Shown here: one piece after another, positions 41,302-50,694 of the stretch
How positions within the stretch are numbered: position 1 is the first letter of the stretch
How the letters are laid out: each line of letters opens with the position of its first letter
Source of the DNA: Candidatus Melainabacteria bacterium RIFCSPLOWO2_02_FULL_35_15
GTDB taxonomy: Bacteria > Cyanobacteriota > Vampirovibrionia > 2-02-FULL-35-15
Assembly (NCBI GenBank): GCA_001784585.1
Contig: MFRN01000041.1
Location: forward strand, 5,318-69,317
Length of the DNA stretch: 64,000 nucleotides
Direction: 5' to 3'
Program-made: the position numbers and the translations under genes
Notes under the pieces: generated by a model
Told to the model about the DNA's origin: nothing
Database searches by the model: none
What the model saw: the letters and a program-made list of their open reading frames with translations, nothing else

Positions 41302-43449
41302 ATGGTTAGCCCTTTAAAAGCAATAGCAGCATCTTTTTTGGGCCCTGCTATTTGGTTTACGTCACAATATGTTTCTTCTGATGAAAAGAAACCTGATTTA
41401 CCAAAGCCACCGCAGCCACCAGTAAATACTGCTAACATACCTAAAACAGGAACCACTAAAAGACCATTTAATAAAGATGAGATTAAACTACTCATAGATG
41501 ACATTGGTAATGATGCATACAGAGTTCGAAACAAGGCTTCTTTAAAATTATTGAATATAGCTAATAATTTTCCACTGGAAGAGCCTGATAATTTTCTTGT
41601 TTATATTATAAAAGAAAGATTCAGTACAAAAGATCTGGAAGTAAGTACCAGGCTTAGACCGGTAATAAACAAAGCAGTTGAATTTGTAATGAAAATGGCG
41701 GCTAACCAAGTGCAATCTCCTGAAAAAAATAAAAGTGTAACAATTCTCCTGGAGTCAATGAAAAAGAATAGATCTCCTGAGGTTTGGGAAGCATTGCTGC
41801 CGGTTACTATGGATCTGATTACACAGGAAGCTAAACTTAACAGAAGATATCATTATGACCAGCAAGAGTCACAGCTAGATGCAGGGACAATAGGGCCAAA
41901 TCCACAGGCAATAGAATCATTGTCACAACTTTTGACTACTATAGAAAATGATACAAAAGAGCTGCAAGATACAGCTATTACACAGGCAGCTGCCTGGACT
42001 AAACCACCATTTCAGCGGTGGGAGCCATTTAAAGCACTACACAGGGCAAAGCTGGAAACACTTGCTAAAGAAAACAAACCAGATAAAATGGCAAGTGAGC
42101 TAAAAAATTTAAGAGAAAAAATTTATCCGCAGCTGGATCAGTCCTGTGATACAGGAGCAATGCTAGCCTCTTCATCAAAACAAGCTCTTGGAAAAATGCT
42201 TGACTTAAATGTAGATGCCTTATCAGGTGATAATTCTGACCTGCAAAAATTAGCCCTGATTAATCTACAAGCCATTAATGAACTTTTTAATTTTCCAGAA
42301 GAACATAAACCCAGCATAAGTACCGGAGCTAAGCTTTTTCATAATATAAAAAATAATCCTGACATTAATGAACAGCAGCGGATAATAGCCAAAGCTCAGT
42401 TTATTTCAGGATTTAGCAGAAATGATACAGGGTATCATATGGCTTATTTAAATTGGCTTAAAAGATCGATTGACAATATGCCACAGGCTCTGCCTGAAAA
42501 ACAAGCAGCAAAAAATATTTTGGTTCCAGCTCTGAAAGAAGAATTATATACTATTGCACAAAGCGGAAGACGTACCTCTCTGCAGGCAGAGGCAATTAAA
42601 TTATTAGTCCCGGTTTATGAAAAACTCATTAGTCAAAATGATTCAGGTAGCAAGTCTCTCAGAGAAGATATAAGCGATCTTAGGGAGTTACAGCTGTTTT
42701 CTTACTATTATCTAAATCCTGCAGCTCAGAAAGAATTACATCCTCAGTTATTAGCTATATTTGATACTCTTACAGCTAAAATAAATAATATTCAAGAGGC
42801 AAAAGATAAATCATTATTTAGGATAGAGATCCTAAGTGCTGTGCCTCCTGTTATTTCTTTTTCTCCGGCAAATATAGAACGAGCTACTAGTGAAGAACAA
42901 CGATCCAACATGGAAGCTGCTAACAGGCTGCTAGATTTATACTCCAAGGATTATTTACCAAGGTTATCAGAACTTTATAAAGAACAGGACACAGATGAAT
43001 TTGTAAATCTGATTGAGGCACTATCTTCGCTTGATACTCGATGGGGTCAATGGCCACAGACAGCTTTACCAGCTGAGATGACACTGAGGTTTATCGAAAA
43101 AAACTTGGACTGCTTTGAAAAACACATTAAACAAATGGAAAAACGCTATAACGATTCAAACGATTCAGCTGTAAAATCTTCATTAAAAAGAAATATAACA
43201 CGAGTAAATGCATCTCTTCAGCTTTTATTTAATGAAGGGCAGAAGGCTGGCAATGGATGGATAGGGCATGTTCGCTATTCTGCAAGAGTAGCACCGAACA
43301 TTACTTCAAACAATACAAACTGGGCAGAGGAAGGTTGGGTAGGGTTAAATTCCAGGACTGATCTTAATGCACAGATATTAAATATTCAGCGTTTATTTCA
43401 AAAAAGATCAGGAGAGTCAATAGCTGGAGTCCTAGCCGAACCAAAATAA
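41302..43449 (+). CDS. Large hypothetical alpha-helical protein
   Basis: 715-aa ORF; N-terminal hydrophobic segment, Pro-rich linker, HEAT-like start (LIDDIG..YRVRNKAS..L). Confidence 0.65.
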   Translation: MVSPLKAIAASFLGPAIWFTSQYVSSDEKKPDLPKPPQPPVNTANIPKTGTTKRPFNKDEIKLLIDDIGNDAYRVRNKASLKLLNIANNFPLEEPDNFLVYIIKERFSTKDLEVSTRLRPVINKAVEFVMKMAANQVQSPEKNKSVTILLESMKKNRSPEVWEALLPVTMDLITQEAKLNRRYHYDQQESQLDAGTIGPNPQAIESLSQLLTTIENDTKELQDTAITQAAAWTKPPFQRWEPFKALHRAKLETLAKENKPDKMASELKNLREKIYPQLDQSCDTGAMLASSSKQALGKMLDLNVDALSGDNSDLQKLALINLQAINELFNFPEEHKPSISTGAKLFHNIKNNPDINEQQRIIAKAQFISGFSRNDTGYHMAYLNWLKRSIDNMPQALPEKQAAKNILVPALKEELYTIAQSGRRTSLQAEAIKLLVPVYEKLISQNDSGSKSLREDISDLRELQLFSYYYLNPAAQKELHPQLLAIFDTLTAKINNIQEAKDKSLFRIEILSAVPPVISFSPANIERATSEEQRSNMEAANRLLDLYSKDYLPRLSELYKEQDTDEFVNLIEALSSLDTRWGQWPQTALPAEMTLRFIEKNLDCFEKHIKQMEKRYNDSNDSAVKSSLKRNITRVNASLQLLFNEGQKAGNGWIGHVRYSARVAPNITSNNTNWAEEGWVGLNSRTDLNAQILNIQRLFQKRSGESIAGVLAEPK

Positions 43450-43531
43450 AAATAATTAGTGTATCCTAACAATAACTGTTAAATTTTAAACTTGCGTTAA
43501 TCAGGAAGCAGGCACTCTGTGCAAAAACAGG

Positions 43532-45427
43532 TTAATCTCTTTTAACAAGATCAGAATAATAACTTTCTATTCTATGCTCTGGTAGTGGAGTTACAGGATT
43601 ATTGTCTCGGTTAGCTCTACATTTTTCATTATACTCTTTAAGAATAATTCTTCTTTGTTCCTCATCAATCATATTAAGCAAGTCAGAAATGTCTTCTAGT
43701 GCATGTGGATCCTGAAAATCTGTTCCTGCAATTTTAAAGAAATAATCAATTTTTAGCAATTCAGCAGGTAGTCTGTATTTGGAATTGGAATTAGCACTAG
43801 CACGAATGTTTATTTTTGTACAATCATCATCTTTAAAATAAGGAAGATCAGTTTTAAACTGATTCATTGCAAATCTTACAAAATCGCTTCTATCTGCTGC
43901 TGATTTATGCTCTTCCATTGCAGTTGTATATGTTGCAATTTTTGCTAAGCAATATTTAAGTTTTTTAACATCATTAGTGTCTGATGGCAATAGTCTGAGA
44001 TCAATATGTGGAAGTTTATCCATGACTTTCTTCATCCGTGGTGCTTGTAACAAAGACTCTCTAAGCTCTATTGGATTTTTAAATTCTCTTGCTGTCTTCT
44101 TATCCATAGGACTACCTGTACCATAGCCTGTAGTACCAGGAGATTGATAACCACGTGGTACAGCTGAAACAAATTCTGGCGATAATCCTGAATCCAGTCC
44201 TCTATTTAAATTATCACCAATAGTTGTTTTATCAAGCTCAGGTGATAATTGACTGTATAGTTTGCTTAATTCTCTCCAGCCGTAAGCATTAAATAAAGCA
44301 GAAAGTGGAAGACGAGTATGTGTCAGTTCATAGTGATTTAATAATTTTGGATCATGTTCTGCCTCGACTGCTTCTATAAATCCTCCTCTATCCAGCAATT
44401 TAAGATTTTTATAAATTGAACTTAGTACTTTTTTATTTAGTGTTGCTATTTGTTCCTGTGTAGCAGTACCATTTCTGTATTGTTTTATAATTTCCAGCTT
44501 AGACACCTCAGTTAAATCCTTTACCAGACGAGTTAATATAAAGCCAAGGTCTGAAGGACTTATATGAATAAGAGCACCGGCTAAAATGATATTTGAATCT
44601 GGTTTGCTTGTATCTGCTGAAAGACCTTCCAGTGGAACTACACATAACTCGAAAGAATCGTTAGCTGAATCATACTGTATTGGAGTAAGCTTTAGACCAA
44701 GAGGTATCAGTACTTCATTTATACAGTCTCTAATATTATTAACCTTCTTACCAACAAATAAATTATGCTTAATATAATTTGCCAGCCCTGGTTCACTCCG
44801 GCTTAATTTATCAAATCCGTAATATAGATCCTCATTTCTAAATAACAAACCAAAATAATTTTTTAAGACTTCAGCCGAAGATTTTCCAAAAGAGTTATTG
44901 ATTTCTTCCTGTAAAGCTGACAGAGTTTCACTTTGAATCTCATTATTATCAGTCAAGAATTCTTTGATCAAATTAAAGGTCGTTTCCAAAAGACTATTTG
45001 TTTGTGTACGAAGTTTATTTATATATGATTTTGACAGAACATTTGCAAAACAATTGCCCTTTGAAATATTTTCACCAACATCCTTGCTTAGCTTTTTTGC
45101 AAAATTATTAAATAAATTAACCTGGCGTAAATTTTTTGGTGCTTGTGAAAGATAAGTCCAGGGTATAATTCCTACTATCCAAAGTAATCCGCGGCCCAGA
45201 ATCCCTACTGTAGATGAAAAACCACCTTCACTGTTTTTAGTTACTTTTGTTAAATCAAATACTGCTACTGCTGCTGCTAGTACACTAAGCATTCCACCTA
45301 TTGATGTGTTTCTCAGTGGAATTTTCTTATTATGAAAAGGAGCATATTGATACCACGAAACAGTCCTCTCCAGTTTATTAACTCTTGTATGAGGTATATT
45401 TGATATTGATTGCGTTGCTGGTAACAT
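43532..45427 (-). CDS. Large hypothetical protein with two N-terminal TM-like segments
   Basis: 631-aa ORF; AAGGT RBS-like sequence; no motif recognised. Confidence 0.65.
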   Translation of the reverse strand: MLPATQSISNIPHTRVNKLERTVSWYQYAPFHNKKIPLRNTSIGGMLSVLAAAVAVFDLTKVTKNSEGGFSSTVGILGRGLLWIVGIIPWTYLSQAPKNLRQVNLFNNFAKKLSKDVGENISKGNCFANVLSKSYINKLRTQTNSLLETTFNLIKEFLTDNNEIQSETLSALQEEINNSFGKSSAEVLKNYFGLLFRNEDLYYGFDKLSRSEPGLANYIKHNLFVGKKVNNIRDCINEVLIPLGLKLTPIQYDSANDSFELCVVPLEGLSADTSKPDSNIILAGALIHISPSDLGFILTRLVKDLTEVSKLEIIKQYRNGTATQEQIATLNKKVLSSIYKNLKLLDRGGFIEAVEAEHDPKLLNHYELTHTRLPLSALFNAYGWRELSKLYSQLSPELDKTTIGDNLNRGLDSGLSPEFVSAVPRGYQSPGTTGYGTGSPMDKKTAREFKNPIELRESLLQAPRMKKVMDKLPHIDLRLLPSDTNDVKKLKYCLAKIATYTTAMEEHKSAADRSDFVRFAMNQFKTDLPYFKDDDCTKINIRASANSNSKYRLPAELLKIDYFFKIAGTDFQDPHALEDISDLLNMIDEEQRRIILKEYNEKCRANRDNNPVTPLPEHRIESYYSDLVKRD

Positions 45428-45556
45428 TAAAATACCTTAAAAACATTTTACTCTCTTCTTTGATATTATAAAATTAATTTCTTAATCTTCAATAGAAAAG
45501 GGGGTTGAAATCTTAAATAAAAATAAATATTGGGCTTTCGGCTGTTAGCTATTAGC

Positions 45557-45748
45557 TTACTTTTTTTCGTCTTCTTCTGTTAAGCCAGCCTTCATTTCAC
45601 TGGCAGCAGATGTGAGAGAGTCCTTAAAGTTTCTTAATCCTTTTCCTAAATTACGCCCCAGCTCGGGCAATTTTTTAGGGCCAAAGATTACTAAAGCTAC
45701 ACCTAAGATAACTATTACTTCCGGGATTCCAAGATTAAATGGGAGCAT
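45557..45748 (-). CDS. tatA: Sec-independent translocase TatA/E
   Basis: LGIPE..IFGPKKLPELGRNLGKGLRNFK. Confidence 0.93.
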   Translation of the reverse strand: MLPFNLGIPEVIVILGVALVIFGPKKLPELGRNLGKGLRNFKDSLTSAASEMKAGLTEEDEKK

Positions 45749-45763
45749 AACACTTTTATTCTA

Positions 45764-48055
45764 TCACTTAATAAACTCAAATGCCCATACAGCACCCGGT
45801 CTATGATACATGGATGCTCTAAAGTTCCCGTTTATGTCCCATGCTTCCGGAGTTCTGAACCAGTATCCCTTTTTCTCATAAACTATTGAATAAACTCCAT
45901 AAGCAGTTTGCAGCGCTTCCTTTTTCAATCCTCTCAAATACATATGTGATGCAAGTGCTAAAGTAACCCCTGACCAGATCTCATTTGATTGTGTGTTTAA
46001 TTTCCATATCTGGCTTTCAGGTAACAAACTCCCGTCCGGATTTATCCCGTTTATCGCACCGATATTTCCGTCTCCTGCTTTTATTACATTGAAATCAAAA
46101 ATCTTTTTTAATACTTTTTCAACCCGGTCTTTCCGGAAAATATCTCCAAGCCCTAAAAGATCTGCATACCACTGTCCACAAAGCTGATCCGCCATTATAG
46201 CTTTTCCATGAGAACTTTTTGTATCATACAAATAATATTCTCCACTCCAAAGTTTAGCTTCCAGATTCTTTTTACCAGTTTCAAGCCAGCTGTCCAGGGG
46301 TTCGTAATTGTGATTTAAAATTTTTGCAATTTCAATAGCAGCCTTTAGTGCAGCCAGCCAGAGACCATTACAGTAAGTACTTGGTCCATGCATTGTCCAG
46401 TTATCATATGTCTGATCAGGAATATTATCATTTTCAATCAGACAGTCATTATCCCTGTCAAATTGTTTTAAATATTTAAGTGCATCTAAAACCGGAATCC
46501 AAGCTGCTCTTAGAAAATCAATATCTTTTTTTCCGGTAAAATAAAAATCCCTGTAAACCATAAGAACAAATTTTGAATTTAAATCTTTCCAGAGATTTAT
46601 GTTTACATGACTGTATGCATTTATCTTTAAAAAAGGTTCTTCAAAAGGCGCTCCAAGATCGTGTGGCACTGCACCTTTTACTTTTCTTTCTGCTGTGGTT
46701 TTATCAAGAGGGTGATCAAAATATTTTTTATCTTTCATTTCAATATCAACTGTCTTGAAGTAGTCCTTCATTATCAGTTTTTCCAGATCAGGCCACAAAA
46801 ATAAAAGCGGAAATGAACCATAAAACCTCACATCAAGCGTTTCATAAAACGGATAGTCATAACATTCAAGAGAACCAAAATGTTCTTCCTGTCTTCTTAC
46901 TGAAACCATCTCTCTTTCTTTTATTTTAGCTTCACCGGATGAAACTTCAACCGGTCTGCCCGCAGTCCATATTGTGCCGCCGTTACTAAGGAAATAAAGT
47001 TCGTTAATTAAAAGTGTTTTAAACCAATCCGGCTTATCTCCTTTTAAAAAAGTTTCCTGCCATTTTTTAATTTCTGCTATCCATCTCTCATGATTATTAA
47101 AAGCTTTTCGCGCAATTCTTGTTACATTTCTTCCGTCTTTTCCAAAAAGGTTTGTATAACGTTTGTACCATTTTGTCCCAAAGCCAGAATCAAGAATAGG
47201 AAAATCCCATGCAAGAACAAATGTTACTGTTTTATTTTCTCTTGGTGCTAGTTTTACCTTTGTACAGATAGCACCCGGGGAATCTTTTAAATCTTTATTT
47301 TGTTTATTAGAAGGAGACATCAAAAGTATGCCATCCTGTGAAAAAGTATTCCAGACTTCTTTTCCGTCTCCGTCTTTTGGAAAAGCACTTACATAACTTA
47401 TATCTACTTCCTGAGTCTGGCTAAAAATGCCCATTTGACCATATTTGTAAGTTTTTTCCTGAATCAAATTATCAAATATTAGTCCGCAAAAGACATTCTC
47501 CTGGTAAAAAACATTTTCTTTACTGCCAAAGAAGGATTCCCAGCTCCATAAAATTGAAACCTCTCTCTCTTTGTTTTTTGGATTTGAAATGTGCCACCTG
47601 AAAATAGCAAGCGGATAACTTGTTTCCTGATAGTTATGTGGAATTATCGGAGAAAACTGTTCCTGGATTATATTTAAATCCTTATACTCAAAATATGCTG
47701 TAGGATAAAGAGCATGATAAATCCCATTTGGTCTCTCAAAGCTCCACTTTGAGAGGGTTCCATCTTCAGGCTTACACTCATTTAAAATAAATACTTTTCC
47801 ATCTTCATATATCCCAAACTGACAGGTAGAAATTATTTTGTGAACATGTTTCCCGACTTCAAGGTGCCATTCTGAGAAATCTCCTCTGTATGACTGAGAA
47901 AGTGTCCCTGCTCCAAATCCCCCCAGTGGCATTCCCTGGAAATATCCATCATCAAAGTTTGGTAATCCCCCTTCTGGTCCAATAACTTTTACTACACCTG
48001 GTGATTGAAGAGGTTCACCTATTTTTCGACTCCAAGCAATATCCGGAATTATCAT
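45764..48055 (-). CDS. GH116 family glycoside hydrolase (non-lysosomal glucosylceramidase/beta-glucosidase-like)
   Basis: GMPLGGFGAG, FSPIIPHNY.ETSYP, LECYDY..YETLDVRFYGS, PHDLG, PDQTYD.W and FRTPEA motifs; start placed at ATG 48055. Confidence 0.92.
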   Translation of the reverse strand: MIIPDIAWSRKIGEPLQSPGVVKVIGPEGGLPNFDDGYFQGMPLGGFGAGTLSQSYRGDFSEWHLEVGKHVHKIISTCQFGIYEDGKVFILNECKPEDGTLSKWSFERPNGIYHALYPTAYFEYKDLNIIQEQFSPIIPHNYQETSYPLAIFRWHISNPKNKEREVSILWSWESFFGSKENVFYQENVFCGLIFDNLIQEKTYKYGQMGIFSQTQEVDISYVSAFPKDGDGKEVWNTFSQDGILLMSPSNKQNKDLKDSPGAICTKVKLAPRENKTVTFVLAWDFPILDSGFGTKWYKRYTNLFGKDGRNVTRIARKAFNNHERWIAEIKKWQETFLKGDKPDWFKTLLINELYFLSNGGTIWTAGRPVEVSSGEAKIKEREMVSVRRQEEHFGSLECYDYPFYETLDVRFYGSFPLLFLWPDLEKLIMKDYFKTVDIEMKDKKYFDHPLDKTTAERKVKGAVPHDLGAPFEEPFLKINAYSHVNINLWKDLNSKFVLMVYRDFYFTGKKDIDFLRAAWIPVLDALKYLKQFDRDNDCLIENDNIPDQTYDNWTMHGPSTYCNGLWLAALKAAIEIAKILNHNYEPLDSWLETGKKNLEAKLWSGEYYLYDTKSSHGKAIMADQLCGQWYADLLGLGDIFRKDRVEKVLKKIFDFNVIKAGDGNIGAINGINPDGSLLPESQIWKLNTQSNEIWSGVTLALASHMYLRGLKKEALQTAYGVYSIVYEKKGYWFRTPEAWDINGNFRASMYHRPGAVWAFEFIK

Positions 48056-48063
48056 GATTTTTT

Positions 48064-48103
48064 TATAACGCTCAGTGACTGCTACGCAGATCACTTCGCT
48101 ATT
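48064..48103. repeat. REP-like hairpin related to the 25998-26038 element
   Basis: TATAAC-GC..AGTGA-CT-GC-TAC-GC-AG-A-TCACT..GC-TATT; same flanks and bulge architecture. Confidence 0.45.
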
Positions 48104-48309
48104 ATCTTTTTGACTTTAAGTTTGACAGATTTGCCAAATGAATTGGACAAATCCTTTCTTTGTTAATCATTATATTTATATATGACATATATTTTTCATA
48201 TTGGTGCCATGGTTATTTAGTGTTGCTACATGTATATCAAATTTAGGGCTAAGGGCACCAAATAAATTTTAGAATCTTTTAATTTATTTTGCGTTAGAAA
48301 ATTCTTTCT

Positions 48310-48519
48310 TTGAGGAATGATATTGGAGCAATGAAGCCAAAGAAAAGAAAATTCAAAAGATCAAAAAGGGGCAGACAAACCATGTTAGGAACTTTTAGTA
48401 ATAAATTAGACAAAAATACAAGCATAATCAGTGTGATAATAATTTCATTAATTACATTATCAATAGCTTCGTCAGGTTTATTTGGTGTATTTAATATAAG
48501 CGGTGTGTTTAAACAGTAA
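48310..48519 (+). CDS. Small basic membrane protein (hypothetical)
   Basis: Lys/Arg-rich N-terminus followed by one TM. Confidence 0.4.
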   Translation: MRNDIGAMKPKKRKFKRSKRGRQTMLGTFSNKLDKNTSIISVIIISLITLSIASSGLFGVFNISGVFKQ

Positions 48520-48523
48520 AAAA

Positions 48524-49495
48524 TTACGGTTTATTTGCTGTATCAGAGGCCTTGTACTCAGGTATAACCTGGCTTTTTAGAACTTCAGCAAGTGCGTTAT
48601 TGGAAGCCTTAATAAGTAAGTTCTTGAAAGCCACTATATCTGGATCATTATCTTGTAAGCTACCCTTAAGTTTACGGAGGTAGATTTTTACTATCCTGTC
48701 TATTATGTTATATTCAATTATCTCGGAACTAAGTGCACTCGTTGCTGCTTCTAGAACTGGTTTGCTTCCAGAAGCATCTGCTACGCTCTTCCTAAGTGCA
48801 GCAAGACCTTCGGCACTTAATAGATCTTTCCCTTTTATAGACTTAGCAATATCTTTAAATATCTGTTCACCAATACCATCAGCTTTTAATGCATTAATAA
48901 AAAGAGTTGAAATATACTCAGTGAACTCTTTAGTTCTTGAAGCTTGAATTATACCTTCTTTTGCTATATCACCGCTATTATGTTGTAGCTGTTCTATCAA
49001 AGATTGTGTAAGTGCTGCTCTTAATTTTTGTAATTCTTCAAGATACGGCTGAGCAGCTTTTTTATGTGCATCGATATGAATTAAAATAGCATCTAATAGA
49101 TTTCTGATTGAAATTACAAGGTCAGAATCGCTATTCGCTGTATATGCAATATCCTCTTTTTTAATAAATTCTTTTAAGGTTCCTTCAATATTTGGAAGAT
49201 CAGACTCTTCTAATTTTTGAAGCTTACTTACAACAGTTGATAAAGTTTCATTTGTATGTTTTAAGTTTATATTTTTTTCAATCATTTTTTTAGTTACAAA
49301 TCCTAATGTTCCACCGAGAGTAACATCAACAGCATCTTCAATAGTAAATTTTTCAGGTACTGGTATAGGATTTTCCGGGATATGCTCTTGTAATCTTTTT
49401 AATTGTTTCTTTCCGTTTATTACTAAACTTCCACCTGCTGCAATTGCTGCTAAATCAACTATTCTCTCAAAAAATGCTCTTCTGGTTATGTGCAT
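48524..49495 (-). CDS. Hypothetical protein with twin-arginine-like signal
   Basis: N-terminal TRRAFF followed by a hydrophobic stretch; AAGGAGA RBS. Confidence 0.65.
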   Translation of the reverse strand: MHITRRAFFERIVDLAAIAAGGSLVINGKKQLKRLQEHIPENPIPVPEKFTIEDAVDVTLGGTLGFVTKKMIEKNINLKHTNETLSTVVSKLQKLEESDLPNIEGTLKEFIKKEDIAYTANSDSDLVISIRNLLDAILIHIDAHKKAAQPYLEELQKLRAALTQSLIEQLQHNSGDIAKEGIIQASRTKEFTEYISTLFINALKADGIGEQIFKDIAKSIKGKDLLSAEGLAALRKSVADASGSKPVLEAATSALSSEIIEYNIIDRIVKIYLRKLKGSLQDNDPDIVAFKNLLIKASNNALAEVLKSQVIPEYKASDTANKP

Positions 49496-49696
49496 TGTAC
49501 AATCTCCTTCATTTTATTTTTAAATGGACTTTAAAGATCTCAAAAATTCCAGACTTAATCCCCCATCTAGGTTCATAAGGTGCTATTAAATCTTCACCTA
49601 GTTTATATAGTCTCGGTAGTGGAACTAGTGGTGTGTCTCCAATATTAATGCCCTTAATTGGTTTAGTTAGAATAAACATTTACTTTCTCTTTATTA

Positions 49697-50419
49697 TTAA
49701 TGAACAAAAATTCTAATGTCTTGTATTTTTTCTAAACTTAATCCCCATACAGGGTTATAAGAGGGTTGATCTATTTTTTTAGCATCATCATTAAAACTCT
49801 TCATTAATTTATACAAATCATCTCTTAGTTTATGCACGTTTCGTAAGTCTTCTTGATAAACAGTAAAACATTCTAACGTATGATCCACTCGTTTTTTTAG
49901 TTCTTCTCCTTTAAGTTCAGGTTCGTTTTTATTTAAATAGGTTTTAAATTTTTCAGTAATTTCTTTAGCTTCCATGGTGCTAAAAGTCCATGTATATAGA
50001 GTTCCTTTTTGTGTCATGCTAATGACTCTATGAAAGGCTTCTAATTGTTCTTCATCTGGTTTTTTGATTAAATAATCGTTTCGAGTTAATTCTATAAATT
50101 CATCACTTCTTTTAACAAGTTTAAAAGCAATATCTCTAGCTTTTAAAATATCATTTTCGCTATCAGAAACCATGTATAGATCTAAAAGTACATTGGGAAG
50201 AGAAGAGGAAGCTAAGCCTCCAAGCTCTTTTGCAAAGTCACGCTCTTTTTGTTCAACAATTTTTCTTTTCTCGTCTATTGCTTTTTTGACATTTATGTCA
50301 AGAGGTTTTACTGCCTGAATACCATTACCAGGTTTATCCTCATTTCTAGCACATCCGCTTGCTAGTGGAGTTGAAAATGCAGCAAACAAAGCTGCTGTTT
50401 TAAAAAAAATTATTTTCAT
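49697..50419 (-). CDS. Hypothetical lipoprotein
   Basis: Signal peptide ending in a LASGC lipobox. Confidence 0.65.
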   Translation of the reverse strand: MKIIFFKTAALFAAFSTPLASGCARNEDKPGNGIQAVKPLDINVKKAIDEKRKIVEQKERDFAKELGGLASSSLPNVLLDLYMVSDSENDILKARDIAFKLVKRSDEFIELTRNDYLIKKPDEEQLEAFHRVISMTQKGTLYTWTFSTMEAKEITEKFKTYLNKNEPELKGEELKKRVDHTLECFTVYQEDLRNVHKLRDDLYKLMKSFNDDAKKIDQPSYNPVWGLSLEKIQDIRIFVH

Positions 50420-50620
50420 GATTTACTTTTCTAATTGAGTAAAATACTAATCCACTTAACAATAAAGAGCAATATGTAAAACGTAAATTAGCTAGAGACA
50501 ATAAATTTTTTAGTTGGGGGTTGTTTACTTGAAACTGAAGAGAGTTAAAATTTTAATTTCATTAATAAGAGATATAATTAAGTCTGAATACTGAAAATTA
50601 ATCCTTAGTTCAAATACAAA

Positions 50621-50694
50621 CGGGCTGTAGTTTAGCTTGGTAGAACGCTACCTTGGGGTGGTAGAGGTCGTGGGTTCAAATCCCGCCAGCCCGA
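50621..50694 (+). tRNA. tRNA-Pro (anticodon GGG)
   Basis: Acceptor stem CGGGCTG/CAGCCCG, D-arm, anticodon stem CTACC-TTGGGGT-GGTAG, T-arm GGTTCAAATCC; no encoded CCA. Confidence 0.95.

Noticed and set aside
48201-48261. TTGGTGCC / GGCACCAA inverted repeat
   Set aside because: Only 8 bp, separated by 45 nt, with no enclosed ORF or target duplication; could be chance
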